A stretch of DNA of 64,000 nucleotides from assembly GCA_041182245.1 (NCBI GenBank), contig JBEGNZ010000010.1, positions 3,252 to 67,251 on the forward strand, read 5' to 3'. Of this stretch, positions 24,707 to 34,433 are shown one piece after another. This DNA comes from Pseudomonadota bacterium. Lineage in GTDB: Bacteria > Pseudomonadota > Alphaproteobacteria > Caulobacterales > Caulobacteraceae. The notes beneath the pieces are model-generated. The model had not been told where the DNA came from. It did not search any database and saw only the letters and a list, made by a program, of their open reading frames with translations. The translations under genes were made by a program, and so were the position numbers. The first letter of the stretch is position 1. Each line of letters starts with the position of its first letter.

Positions 24707-26851
24707 ATGCCCTTTTCCACCACCCATCCCGCGCTGCAAAGCGCACTCGTTGAGCAGGGTTACAAGGACCCCACTCCGGTGCAGGCAGCTGTCCTTGAAG
24801 CGCGGGCCATCGATCAAGACCTCCTCGTTTCGGCTCAAACCGGTTCGGGTAAGACCGTTGCTTTCGGCCTCGCCGCCGCCTCGACCCTGCTGGGTGACGC
24901 TGACCGGATGGGCCAGTCTGGCGCGCCGCTTTGCCTGGCCATTGCTCCGACCCGTGAACTGGCCATTCAGGTCAGCCGCGAACTGACCTGGCTCTATGGC
25001 AAGGCCGGTGCCGTAGTCGTGTCCTGCGTCGGCGGTATGGATGCGCGGCGCGAGCAGCGTTTGCTCAGCTACGGGGCCCACATTGTTGTCGGCACCCCCG
25101 GTCGTCTGCGCGACCATATTGAGCGCGGCCATCTGGACCTGTCGGCCTTGAAGGTCGCCGTGCTGGACGAGGCCGACGAGATGCTCGATCTCGGCTTTCG
25201 CGATGATCTGGAATTCATTTTGGATGCCGCGCCGGTCGAGCGCCGGACCCTGCTGTTCTCGGCCACCATTGCAAAAGATATCGCCACCCTCGCGCGCCGC
25301 TATCAGCGCGATGCGGTGCGGATCGACACGACCAGCCTGAACGAACCCCATGGCGACATCGAATATCGCGTCATCAGTTGCGCCCCCAACGAGATCGAAC
25401 GGGCGGTGGTCAATGTGCTGCGTCACGTCGATGCGCCGGGGGCTCTGGTCTTCTGTTCGACCCGCGAAAATGTCCGTCGGCTCTATTCCAGCCTGCGTGA
25501 GCGCGGCTTTGAGGTCGTGACCCTGTCGGGCGAACTGTCCCAGCGCGAGCGGGCCGATGCCCTACAAGCCTTGCGTGATGGCCGCGCGCGGGTCTGTGTC
25601 GCCACCGACGTTGCCGCGCGCGGTCTGGACCTGCCTGATCTGGGCCTCGTGATCCATGCCGACCTTCCCGTAAACCGCGCCGGCCTTCTGCACCGCAGTG
25701 GCCGGACGGGCCGTGCGGGCCGCAAGGGCGTGTCGGTCCTGATGGCACCCTATAGCCGCCGTCGCCGGGTCGAGCAGATTCTGTCGTCGGCCAATATCGA
25801 AGCGACCTGGAGCGGGCCGCCCAGCGCCGAAGAGATTCGCGCCGGGGACCTGCAACGCATGTTGCAAGATCCGCTTCTGACTGAGGCCCCGAGCGAGGAA
25901 GAACTGACCCTCGCCAATGCCATCATGGAAACCCGCACGCCGATGGAGATCGCGACCGCGCTGATCCGTCTGCGCCAATCGGCCTTGCCTGCGCCAGAAG
26001 ACCTGTTCGACGACCCCCGCGCCAGCATGGCCCCGCCCTCGCGCTCGCCGCAGGACAAGGACCGCGACCGGGCCTTTGATCGTGACCGCGATGGTGGCCG
26101 TCCTGAACGTATGGCCGCTGAAGATGTGGTCTGGTTCCGCCTATCGACGGGCCGCAACAATAATGCCGACCCCAAATGGCTGATCCCCCTGATCTGCCGC
26201 GCGGGTCACATCACCAAGAAGGACATTGGCGCGATCAAGATCTTTGATCGGGAAACCAAGTTCGAGATCACCAAAGAAGCCGAAGCCCGCTTCACGGCCG
26301 CCATCAAGGCAGCGGCAGAAAGTGCGCCCGACAATGATCTGCGCATCGAACCGGCTGTGGCCCCTTCGGCCAACCGCGACGGTCCGCGTGAGCAGCGGCC
26401 TCGTCCGCCCCGCGATCAGCGCGGTCCAGCCCCTCAGGCTCGTGAAAAACGTGCCTATGAGCCACGCTCTCAGGATCGTCCGTTTGAGCCTCGTCCACAG
26501 GGCGCCAAACCCTATACGCCGCGCCCGCAAGAGCCTCGGTCACAAGAGCCGCGCGCCTATGAGCCCCGCCCACAGGCCGCCCGTTCAGAGGAAGGCGGCC
26601 CCCGCGAGCGGGCACCGCGCAAGTTCACCCCGCGCGAACAGGCTCCTGCCGCTAAGCCCTTTGCGCCGCGTCCACCTAAGGATGCTGCGGCCAAGCCTTG
26701 GTCACCGGTCGATCGTCCGGGCGAAGCCGAAGCGCCCCGCGCACCTAAGCCTTACAAGAAGCCCTATTTTGATAAGAAGGCAGCTTTCGAGGGTAAGGCC
26801 CCCTTCACCAAAAAGCCTAAACCTTCCAAAAAGGGCAAGCCGAACGGCTAG
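24707..26851 (+). CDS. DEAD-box ATP-dependent RNA helicase with DbpA-type RNA-binding domain and basic repetitive tail
   Basis: Q motif/Walker A AQTGSGKT, then DEAD, SAT and HRSGRTGRAG. DbpA-like segment VWFRLSTGRNNNADPKWLIPLICRAG. Tail carries repeated (A/S)YEPR(P/S)Q units. Confidence 0.9.
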   Translation: MPFSTTHPALQSALVEQGYKDPTPVQAAVLEARAIDQDLLVSAQTGSGKTVAFGLAAASTLLGDADRMGQSGAPLCLAIAPTRELAIQVSRELTWLYGKAGAVVVSCVGGMDARREQRLLSYGAHIVVGTPGRLRDHIERGHLDLSALKVAVLDEADEMLDLGFRDDLEFILDAAPVERRTLLFSATIAKDIATLARRYQRDAVRIDTTSLNEPHGDIEYRVISCAPNEIERAVVNVLRHVDAPGALVFCSTRENVRRLYSSLRERGFEVVTLSGELSQRERADALQALRDGRARVCVATDVAARGLDLPDLGLVIHADLPVNRAGLLHRSGRTGRAGRKGVSVLMAPYSRRRRVEQILSSANIEATWSGPPSAEEIRAGDLQRMLQDPLLTEAPSEEELTLANAIMETRTPMEIATALIRLRQSALPAPEDLFDDPRASMAPPSRSPQDKDRDRAFDRDRDGGRPERMAAEDVVWFRLSTGRNNNADPKWLIPLICRAGHITKKDIGAIKIFDRETKFEITKEAEARFTAAIKAAAESAPDNDLRIEPAVAPSANRDGPREQRPRPPRDQRGPAPQAREKRAYEPRSQDRPFEPRPQGAKPYTPRPQEPRSQEPRAYEPRPQAARSEEGGPRERAPRKFTPREQAPAAKPFAPRPPKDAAAKPWSPVDRPGEAEAPRAPKPYKKPYFDKKAAFEGKAPFTKKPKPSKKGKPNG

Positions 26852-26866
26852 TTAAGACGGATCAAG

Positions 26867-26899
26867 GGGGCGTGCTGCGAACGGCAGCGCGCCCCTTTT
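26867..26899. terminator. Strong rho-independent terminator
   Basis: GGGGCGTGCTGC pairs with GCAGCGCGCCCC (12 bp with one G-U, 5-nt loop), followed by TTTT. Confidence 0.75.
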
Positions 26900-26902
26900 C
26901 CT

Positions 26903-27694
26903 TTAGAGGCCCTGAACGGCCGGACCGTGGACCACCAGCGCCGAGCCATCCGCATCGCAGGTCCAGCGCGCATCAATACCATAGGCCTTTGCCAGCAACT
27001 CCGGCGTCAAGACCTCGGCGGGTGGGCCAGAGGCCAGGCACTCGCCATCCTTGATCACCACCACGCGGGTGCAGAACTGAACCGCTAAGGTCACATCGTG
27101 AACCACGGTCAAGATACCGCTACCTTGCGCTGCTTGCTGGGCCAGAACCTGCATGATCGTCCATTGGTGCAGCGGGTCGAGCGCAGCGGTCGGCTCATCG
27201 GCAATCAGGGCCGGGGCCTTGGCGGCCAAGGCTCTGGCGACATGGACCCGCGCCGCCTCTCCGCCCGACAGGGTGGTAATGTCACGATTGAGCAACCCTT
27301 TCAGATCGCAGGCCTCAACCGCCTCATCGACGGCGGTCTGATCGAGGGCGCTGAGCCGTCCGGTCTGACCCCCATAGGCGAACCGGCCAAGGGCGATGGC
27401 CTCATGGACCGCGATGGGCCAAGCGACGGGGCGGCTTTGCGGCAGATAGGCCACGCGCCGCGCCCGGGCGGTGGCGCTCAAACTCGCCACAGGATCGCCG
27501 CCGATCAGGGCGCTGCCACTCGATAGAGGCACGAGACCCAACAGGCTCCGCGCCGCCGTGGTCTTGCCCGAGCCATTGGGCCCCAACAGCCCGACCAATT
27601 CACCTGAATAGAGATCGAGGCTCAGACCCTTGAGGATCTCCTTTTGGCCTCGCCGAATTACGGCCTTCTGCAGCGAAAGGAGCGGTGCGGTCAT
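26903..27694 (-). CDS. ABC transporter ATP-binding protein (FecE/BtuD type)
   Basis: Walker A GPNGSGKTT, signature LSGGE, Walker B LIADEPT. The ATG at 27694 overlaps the permease stop (ATGA). Confidence 0.85.
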   Translation of the reverse strand: MTAPLLSLQKAVIRRGQKEILKGLSLDLYSGELVGLLGPNGSGKTTAARSLLGLVPLSSGSALIGGDPVASLSATARARRVAYLPQSRPVAWPIAVHEAIALGRFAYGGQTGRLSALDQTAVDEAVEACDLKGLLNRDITTLSGGEAARVHVARALAAKAPALIADEPTAALDPLHQWTIMQVLAQQAAQGSGILTVVHDVTLAVQFCTRVVVIKDGECLASGPPAEVLTPELLAKAYGIDARWTCDADGSALVVHGPAVQGL

Positions 27695-28704
27695 TGGGCC
27701 TTGCCCTGCGCACTGCGCCGCGCTGCAATCCATAGGAAGATGGGCGCGCCAACCAAGGCGGCGACGACGCCGAGCTTAAGTTCATTATCGCTGGGCACCA
27801 ATCGCGCGCCCACATCAGCGAGCACCAGCAGGACCCCGCCTGCGAGCACCGAGGGAACCAGAGCTCGGCCCGGATCCGATCCGACCAGCGGCCTCACCAG
27901 ATGGGGTGTGACAATGCCGACAAAGCCGATGGCTCCAGCCAGTGCCACAGACCCTCCCGTCGCCAGACCACAGCCCACCGCCACCAAAACCCTTGTGCGG
28001 GTCAGATCAAGCCCAAGTCCGTGCGCCGCCTCTTCGCCCAAGGTCAGGGCTGAAAGACCGCGCCGGGTCATCAGCAGAATGAGGGCTCCAAGCCCGATGA
28101 TCGGGCCGGAGAGGGCAATGTCGGACAGGCTGCGATTGGCCACCGACCCCATCAGCCAACTGACCATATCGTTCAGCGTAAAGGGGTTTGGCGCGAGGTT
28201 CATCAACAGCGATAGGAGCGCGCCAGCCAGACTGGATAGGCCGACACCGATCAGGATCAGGCCGACCATGTCGCGCACCCTTTGGGCCGCAAAGGCGATC
28301 AGGGCTGTGGCCGACAGGGCCCCAACCACAGCGCCGATCTGCAAGGCCGGGGCAAAGCTTGCGCTGAAGCCATAATAGATGGCGATGACCGCACCCAATG
28401 AGGCCGTCACCGACACACCCAGAACGCCCGGCTCGGCCAAGGGATTGCGCAGCAACCCCTGCATCGCCGCCCCTGATAGGCCAAGACTGGCCCCGACGAT
28501 CCAGGCCGCCAGCGCGCGGGGCAGGCGAATGGACCAGACGATCGTCTGGCTGGTGGCATCCCCGCCGCCGAACAGGCTGGCGAGGACCTTAGACAAGGCC
28601 ATGGGGGTCTCGCCCAAGCTACAGGCCAAGAGCACAGCCAGAAGGCTGGCGATGGCGAGGGCTGGGATCAGACTGCGGCTATGATCGGTCGGTCCAGCGC
28701 TCAT
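27691..28704 (-). CDS. FecCD-family iron-chelate/cobalamin ABC permease
   Basis: 337 aa, polytopic, Gly/Ala/Leu-rich, typical FecCD organisation. Confidence 0.85.
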   Translation of the reverse strand: MSAGPTDHSRSLIPALAIASLLAVLLACSLGETPMALSKVLASLFGGGDATSQTIVWSIRLPRALAAWIVGASLGLSGAAMQGLLRNPLAEPGVLGVSVTASLGAVIAIYYGFSASFAPALQIGAVVGALSATALIAFAAQRVRDMVGLILIGVGLSSLAGALLSLLMNLAPNPFTLNDMVSWLMGSVANRSLSDIALSGPIIGLGALILLMTRRGLSALTLGEEAAHGLGLDLTRTRVLVAVGCGLATGGSVALAGAIGFVGIVTPHLVRPLVGSDPGRALVPSVLAGGVLLVLADVGARLVPSDNELKLGVVAALVGAPIFLWIAARRSAQGKAQ

Positions 28705-29594
28705 GGCCGCTTACCGCGCAAAACATCCCCACCCTTGGCCATATCCAAGGTGGCATCGGCGAGGAACCAGCCCGAACAGGCCGTCACCGCGCCGGGCAGG
28801 GCGACTGTGGGGCGTGATTGCAGGCTCTGGCGCACGAGGGGATGACGGGCCGAGGACCAAGGAAAGAGGTCCACCTCGCCTAGGCTCATAAATCCAGTCA
28901 CCACCATGCTCGGGGCTTTGGCGGCCAGCCTTTCCAGCGGCAGTTCGCTCCAGCCGCGATGGCGACCATCATAGGGGACAAGGCCCGCCGTCGCCATCAT
29001 CTGGCCAAGGCTGGTATCGGCCCCCGCCTGAACGCCGCCCGAAGTCACATAGAGCGCCTCGACGGGCGGTCCTTTGCGCTTGGCCTTGGCAAGGGTGGCA
29101 TCAAACTGGCGCACGGCGGCCTCGCCGCGCTCCGGATGGCCGAGGCCCTTGGCTGCCAGCCGAAGATTGCCCCGGATGCCCTCATATTGATCGGCCTCGC
29201 CCAGCTGTAGGACCGGCGTACCGGAGGCTTCGAAAAACCGCACGGCGTCCGGTCCGCCGCCATAGGTCCGCACCACCAGATCAGGCTCTAGGGCCAGAAC
29301 CGACTCGGCGCGGGAGCGCACCTGCGGCAGGCCCCTGGCGGCTTCGCGCAGATAGGAATGACTGGCCTGTGACTGGCTCGATAGGGCGAGGATTTGGCTT
29401 CGGTCTGCGAATTTCAGGACGAACTGGTCGGCGCAATAGTCGAGCGACACGACCCGTTTGGGCGCGGATGAGGTCACTGAGCGCGGTGCCTCCGACATCG
29501 CGAAGGCGGCGATAGCGGACAGGCTGACCACGACCGCTGAAGCGGCCCATAGGTGACGACCCTTCGCCAATCTGCGCAGCGGCCAATCGGCCAT
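28701..29594 (-). CDS. Periplasmic substrate-binding protein of the FecB/BtuF class
   Basis: Signal-anchor AASAVVVSLSAIAAFA. Operon position; ATGA overlap with the permease. The ATG at 29594 is preferred to the track start at 29690. Confidence 0.7.
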   Translation of the reverse strand: MADWPLRRLAKGRHLWAASAVVVSLSAIAAFAMSEAPRSVTSSAPKRVVSLDYCADQFVLKFADRSQILALSSQSQASHSYLREAARGLPQVRSRAESVLALEPDLVVRTYGGGPDAVRFFEASGTPVLQLGEADQYEGIRGNLRLAAKGLGHPERGEAAVRQFDATLAKAKRKGPPVEALYVTSGGVQAGADTSLGQMMATAGLVPYDGRHRGWSELPLERLAAKAPSMVVTGFMSLGEVDLFPWSSARHPLVRQSLQSRPTVALPGAVTACSGWFLADATLDMAKGGDVLRGKRP

Positions 29595-29744
29595 GCACCC
29601 CGTCTCCTGTTCGCCCAAATTGCGGTCTGCTCTTGGGTCCTGTGCTATAGAAGGGCGCGAGCACGGGGTAAAGTGCGGGCTCAGATCCATCAGTTCTTGG
29701 CGGGTAAGGTTTATTTCCTAACCGCTGTGCATTAGGATTGCCCT

Positions 29745-30827
29745 GTGCCGACCGGTCATCGTCCGTCGGTTCCAACCGTTCGAAGGGTTAAGGCCACGTC
29801 CGTCGCTGCCATCACCATTAATGACGTCGCCGATCGCGCCGGTGTTTCGATCAAGACCGTGTCGCGCGTCCTGAACAACGAGGCCAATGTCCGGCCTGAG
29901 ACCCGTGAGCGGGTGCAGGAGGCGGTGACGGCCCTTGGCTATCGTCCGAACCTGTCGGCGCGCAGCCTTGCCGGCTCGCGCTCGTTCCTGATTGGCCTCT
30001 GTTTCGACAATCCTAACCCCGCCTATGTCAGCGAGGCCCAGATCGGGGCCATTACCCGCTGCCGGGTGTCTGGCTATCATCTCGTCGTCGAGCCCGTCGA
30101 CAATCGCTCAGAAACCGCCGATTCTCAGCTCGAAGCCATGGTGTTCAATGTGCGGGTTGATGGGGTGATCATAACGCCGCCAGTCTCTGATCACCCGGCC
30201 ATCTTGGCCATGCTTGAGGCCAGCCGCACGCCCTATGTCCGCATCTCGCCTGAGCGCGACCGTGACCGGGGGCCGAGCGTCTATATGGACGACTATAAGG
30301 CCGCCTATGACATGACCAACTATCTGCTGGGTCTGGGTCATCGGCGGATCGGCTTTGTGCGCGGTCACCCCGACCATGGGTCCTCCTATCGCCGGTTTGA
30401 TGGGTTTCAGGCGGCGATGGCCGATCACGGCTTGCCGCTGCAGCCGGACCTGCTGGCGCAAGGCTATTTCACCTTTCAGTCCGGGGTACAGGCGGGTGAG
30501 CAACTGCTGCGTCACCCCCATCGTCCGAGCGCGATCTTTGCGGCCAGTGATGGCATGGCCTTGGGTGTAATGTCGGCGGCAGCGCGGATGGGCCTGTCCA
30601 TTCCCACCGACCTGTCCGTGGCAGGCTTTGATGATACGCCGACGGCCCGGGTCGTTTGGCCCCCTCTGACGACTGTGCGTCAGCCGATCAACGAGATGGC
30701 CGCCGCCGCCGCCGACATCCTGATCAGCGGTGAGGCCAGACGGGCGATGGATGATAAGCTGCCGATAAGGCGCATGCTGGATTTTGAGCTGATCGTGCGT
30801 CAATCCTGCGCCCCGCCTAAGGCTTAG
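29745..30827 (+). CDS. LacI-family transcriptional regulator
   Basis: HTH ITINDVADRAGVSIKTVSRVLNN, followed by a periplasmic-binding-protein-like effector domain. The GTG start is uncertain. Confidence 0.85.
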   Translation: MPTGHRPSVPTVRRVKATSVAAITINDVADRAGVSIKTVSRVLNNEANVRPETRERVQEAVTALGYRPNLSARSLAGSRSFLIGLCFDNPNPAYVSEAQIGAITRCRVSGYHLVVEPVDNRSETADSQLEAMVFNVRVDGVIITPPVSDHPAILAMLEASRTPYVRISPERDRDRGPSVYMDDYKAAYDMTNYLLGLGHRRIGFVRGHPDHGSSYRRFDGFQAAMADHGLPLQPDLLAQGYFTFQSGVQAGEQLLRHPHRPSAIFAASDGMALGVMSAAARMGLSIPTDLSVAGFDDTPTARVVWPPLTTVRQPINEMAAAAADILISGEARRAMDDKLPIRRMLDFELIVRQSCAPPKA

Positions 30828-31119
30828 GTTCTTTTTTACTCAGAGAGGCCCGTTGGGTCCTGAGTCCTGAAAAATGCAGTTTTGTTCCAATCATCGCTGA
30901 CTCTTTGATAATTCGTGCCGCCTTCTTCCGGTTTTGAGGCAGTGGGCCCGCGATTGCCCTTGGGTCTGTCGCCCATTCATGCCTCCCCACACCATCAGGT
31001 TACCTAGGGGCAGACGCGCGATCGTGACTTTACAGACCAATTATAAAACGCGCATTTTGAGGCTTCGAAAAGGGCGAGGCGGCAAATGAGCGGTCTGGTC
31101 TGTTCACTGACATGAGGAA

Positions 31120-32298
31120 ATGACCATGGCGCAAGCCTATATCGTAGCGGCCGCGCGGACGGCCGGGGGCCGCAAGGGCGGACGTCTGTCGGGCTGGCAT
31201 CCAGCCGATCTGGCCGGAAGTGTTCTGGATGCGTTGATCGCGCGCACGGGTGCTGATCCGGCACTGGTCGAGGATGTGATCATGGGCTGCGTCGGTCAGG
31301 CCGGTGAACAGGCCACCAACATCGCGCGCAACGCCGTGCTGGCCTCGAGCCTTCCCGAGAGCGTTCCGGCCACCTCGGTCGACCGTCAGTGCGGTTCGTC
31401 TCAGCAGGCCCTGCACTTCGCCGCTCAGGCCGTGATGTCCGGCTCGATGGACATTGTCATCGCCGCTGGCGTCGAAAGCATGAGCCGCGTGCCCATGGGC
31501 ATGCCCACCATCCTGCCCTTCAAGAACGGCCTTGGCATCTATAAGAGCCCGCGCATGGAAGAGCGCTATCCGGGCATCCAGTTCAGCCAGTTTGTCGGCG
31601 CGGAAATGGTCGCGGCTAAGTATGGTCTCGACAAGGACCAGATGGACAGCTTCGGCTATACCAGCCACCAGAAGGCCATTGCCGCGACCAAGAGCGGGGC
31701 TTTCAATGACGAGATCGTGCCGATCCAGATCACCATGCCCGATGGTTCGACCGAGATGCACACGGTCGATGAAGGGATCCGCTTCGAGGCCAGCCTCGAA
31801 GGCATGCGCGGCGTGAAGCTATTGCAAGAGGGCGGCACCTTGACGGCGGCGACCTCCAGCCAGATCTGCGACGGCGCTTCGGGCGTCATGGTCGTCAATG
31901 AGGCCGGTCTGAAGGCTCTGGGCGTTGAGCCTCTGGCCCGCATCCATCACATGACCGTCATTGGCGGTGATCCGGTGATCATGCTGGAAGCCCCGATCCC
32001 CGCCACCCACCGCGCCCTGAAAAAGGCCGGCATGAAGATCGACGACATCGACCTGTACGAAGTCAATGAAGCCTTTGCCTCGGTGCCAACCGCTTGGCTT
32101 AAGGATGTTGGCGCTGATCCAGACCGTCTGAACGTCAATGGCGGCGCGATTGCTCTGGGTCACCCCCTCGGCGGCTCGGGCACCAAGCTGATGACCACCC
32201 TGGTCCATGCTTTGGGCGCTCAGAAGAAGCGCTATGGTTTGCAGACCATGTGTGAAGGTGGCGGCCTCGCCAATGTGACGATCATCGAGCGCCTCTAA
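31120..32298 (+). CDS. Thiolase (acetyl-CoA acetyltransferase family)
   Basis: Active-site VDRQCGSSQQAL, GHPLGGSG, and CEGGGLANV. Confidence 0.9.
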   Translation: MTMAQAYIVAAARTAGGRKGGRLSGWHPADLAGSVLDALIARTGADPALVEDVIMGCVGQAGEQATNIARNAVLASSLPESVPATSVDRQCGSSQQALHFAAQAVMSGSMDIVIAAGVESMSRVPMGMPTILPFKNGLGIYKSPRMEERYPGIQFSQFVGAEMVAAKYGLDKDQMDSFGYTSHQKAIAATKSGAFNDEIVPIQITMPDGSTEMHTVDEGIRFEASLEGMRGVKLLQEGGTLTAATSSQICDGASGVMVVNEAGLKALGVEPLARIHHMTVIGGDPVIMLEAPIPATHRALKKAGMKIDDIDLYEVNEAFASVPTAWLKDVGADPDRLNVNGGAIALGHPLGGSGTKLMTTLVHALGAQKKRYGLQTMCEGGGLANVTIIERL

Positions 32299-32320
32299 GG
32301 GGTTCGATCATTTTAGGAAG

Positions 32321-32348
32321 GGGCCGGTCGGCAACGGCCGGCCCTTTT
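32321..32348 (+). terminator. Rho-independent terminator after the thiolase gene
   Basis: GGGCCGGTCG pairs with CGGCCGGCCC (10 bp with one G-U), GCAA tetraloop, followed by TTTT. Confidence 0.75.
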
Positions 32349-32387
32349 CAGTTCAACATCCAAGACTCAAAAAACCGGGAGGACGCC

Positions 32388-34196
32388 ATGTCAGACAAGA
32401 TCGTGCGGATCGGAGGCGCGGGCGGCTTTCTCGGTGACAGTTCGGTGGCGGCACCGCAGCTCATCCAAGGCGGACGGCTCGACTATCTGATCCTCGACTA
32501 TCTGGCCGAGGCGACCATGCCGATGCTGGCCATGATGCAGAAGGGACGCCCCGAAGGCGGCTATGCCCGCGACTTCACCGAATGGGTCTGGAAAGACAAT
32601 ATTCGCGAGCTGAAGCGCCAAGGCATTAAGGTCGTGACCAATGCAGGGGGCTTGAACCCCAGGGCCTGCCGCGCGCGCATGGAGGCCTTGGCCGCTGAGG
32701 CGGGCCTCTCCTTCAACATCGCCATTGTCGAGGGTGATGATCTGCGCGGCGATCTGGGCCGTCTGGCCGATGTCCGCGAGATGGTGTCCGGTGATGGCTT
32801 TCCCGCCCCCGACGCAGTGCTCAATGCCAGCGTCTATTTCGGGGCTGACCCCATCGTCGCGGCCCTGAGGGCCGGTGCCGATGTGGTGATCACGGGCCGG
32901 GTGGTCGATTCCGCCCTCGTTCTGGGGCCCCTGATGTACGAATTTGGCTGGAAGGCCAGCGACTATGATCAGCTAGCGGGCGGGTCGCTGGCCGGTCACG
33001 TCATCGAGTGCGGGGCCCAGGCGACGGGCGGGCTGTTCACCGATTGGGAGAGCGTGCCGGACTGGGCCCATATCGGCTATCCGATCGTCGAATGTGCCGC
33101 CGATGGCTCCTTCATCGTCACCAAGCCGGAGGGCACCGGCGGTCTGGTTACCTGCGCTACGGTTGGCGAGCAGATCCTCTATGAGGTCGGTGATCCTCAA
33201 GCCTATATGCTGCCCGATGTGGTCTGCGACTTTGCCGGTCTCAAGATCGAACAGGTCGGCGAACAGAGGGTGCGGGTCAGTCAGACCAAGGGCCGCGCGC
33301 CGAGCGGCTTTTACAAGGTCTCGGTCACCCATGCCGATGGTTGGCGCTGTCTGGCGGCCATGCCGGTTGTAGGGCGTGATGCTGCGCGCAAGGCGGAGCG
33401 TCAGGCCGAAGCGGTGATTGAGCGGGTCGAGGAGATGTTACGCAATCGCAACCTGCCGCCCTTCCGCGCCAAGCGGATCGAGGCGCTGGGGGCCGAAGCG
33501 ACCTATGGGGCCAACAGCCGGGCGCGGGATGTGCGCGAGGTGGTCTGCAAGATCGGGGTCGAGCATGACGATCCCGCAGCGATGGAGGTCTTTATGCGCG
33601 AGATCGACTCGCCCACCACCTCCATGTCCCCCGGCTCAACCGGCTGGTTCGCGGGCCGTCCGACCGTCTCGCCCGTGATCCGGGTCTATAGCTGCCTCAT
33701 CGACCGCACCACCCTGTCGCCCAAGGTCGATCTGGCCGGTCAGACCTTTGAGGTCGCGGTCATAGAACCCCCGCGCCGCTTTACCCCCGATCAGATCGAC
33801 CGTCCCGATGTCTCCGGCCTCGAGATGGGCCCGTCAGCGGCCAATGATGAAGAGATGGTCGAGGTCGACCTGATCGACATTGCCTGGGCCCGGTCCGGCG
33901 ATAAGGGCGACTCGTTCAATGTCGGCGTCATTGCCCGCAAGCCAGAGCTCTTGCCCTATATCCGCGCGGCCCTCAGCGAAGAGGCGGTCCTCGATTTTCT
34001 GGCTCACGAGTTCGAGGGCGGGCGTAGACCCAGCGTCGCGCGCTTTGACCTGCCCGGCATGACGGCGATCAACCTGCTTTGCCAGAACGCCCTCGGCGGC
34101 GGACAGTTGGCGACGCTTCGACTCGATGCCCTGGCCAAGGGCAAGGCTCAGCAATTGCTGGAGTTCCCGGTGAAGGTGCCGGCGAGGTTGGTTTAA
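32388..34196 (+). CDS. AtuA-like (DUF1446) acyclic terpene utilisation family protein
   Basis: N-terminus VRIGGAGGFLGDSSVAAPQLIQGGRLDYLILDYLAE is typical of the family. Confidence 0.7.
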   Translation: MSDKIVRIGGAGGFLGDSSVAAPQLIQGGRLDYLILDYLAEATMPMLAMMQKGRPEGGYARDFTEWVWKDNIRELKRQGIKVVTNAGGLNPRACRARMEALAAEAGLSFNIAIVEGDDLRGDLGRLADVREMVSGDGFPAPDAVLNASVYFGADPIVAALRAGADVVITGRVVDSALVLGPLMYEFGWKASDYDQLAGGSLAGHVIECGAQATGGLFTDWESVPDWAHIGYPIVECAADGSFIVTKPEGTGGLVTCATVGEQILYEVGDPQAYMLPDVVCDFAGLKIEQVGEQRVRVSQTKGRAPSGFYKVSVTHADGWRCLAAMPVVGRDAARKAERQAEAVIERVEEMLRNRNLPPFRAKRIEALGAEATYGANSRARDVREVVCKIGVEHDDPAAMEVFMREIDSPTTSMSPGSTGWFAGRPTVSPVIRVYSCLIDRTTLSPKVDLAGQTFEVAVIEPPRRFTPDQIDRPDVSGLEMGPSAANDEEMVEVDLIDIAWARSGDKGDSFNVGVIARKPELLPYIRAALSEEAVLDFLAHEFEGGRRPSVARFDLPGMTAINLLCQNALGGGQLATLRLDALAKGKAQQLLEFPVKVPARLV

Positions 34197-34292
34197 GACT
34201 TAAACAAGGCCCCCTTCGGCGCTGCGCGCCACTTCCCCCTCTGGGGGAAGTACCCGCGAAGCGGGGGTAGGGGGTTCTTTCTTTAAAGTAAC

Positions 34293-34383
34293 AAGGCCCT
34301 CACCTAACCCCTCTCCCACAGGGAGAGGGCTAAGCTATGAAAAGCCCTCGCCCCCTTTAGGGGGAGAGGGTTGGGTGAGGGGG
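34293..34383. repeat. REP/MITE-like palindromic element, copy A
   Basis: 91 bp, by-eye about 95% identical to 40851..40938. Arms CCCTCACCTAACCCCTCTCCC and GGGAGAGGGTTGGGTGAGGG. Nested in further inverted repeats (GGGGGTAGGGG at 34264..34274 against CCCCTACCCCC at 34394..34404). Confidence 0.85.
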
Positions 34384-34433
34384 TCATCCACTCCCCTACC
34401 CCCTCTCCGTCACGTTCCCTAAGAAGGGGGGGC

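Noticed and set aside
26380-26850. Tandem-repeat or CRISPR-like periodicity in the 3' part of the helicase gene
   Set aside because: The periodicity comes from degenerate in-frame YEPR(P/S)Q/KP-rich peptide repeats inside a continuous ORF. There are no identical direct repeats with unique spacers.
29595-29744. Possible cobalamin riboswitch upstream of the BtuF/FecB-like binding-protein gene
   Set aside because: On the minus strand there are faint resemblances (GGTTAGGAAATAAACC, CCCGCCAAGAACTGA, GAGCCCGCACTTTACCCCG). The conserved GGGAA…GGTG…AA.TCC core and a proper B12 box (…AGYCMGgAGACCkGCC…) are not present, and 150 nt must also hold the divergent LacI promoter. An Infernal scan would settle it.
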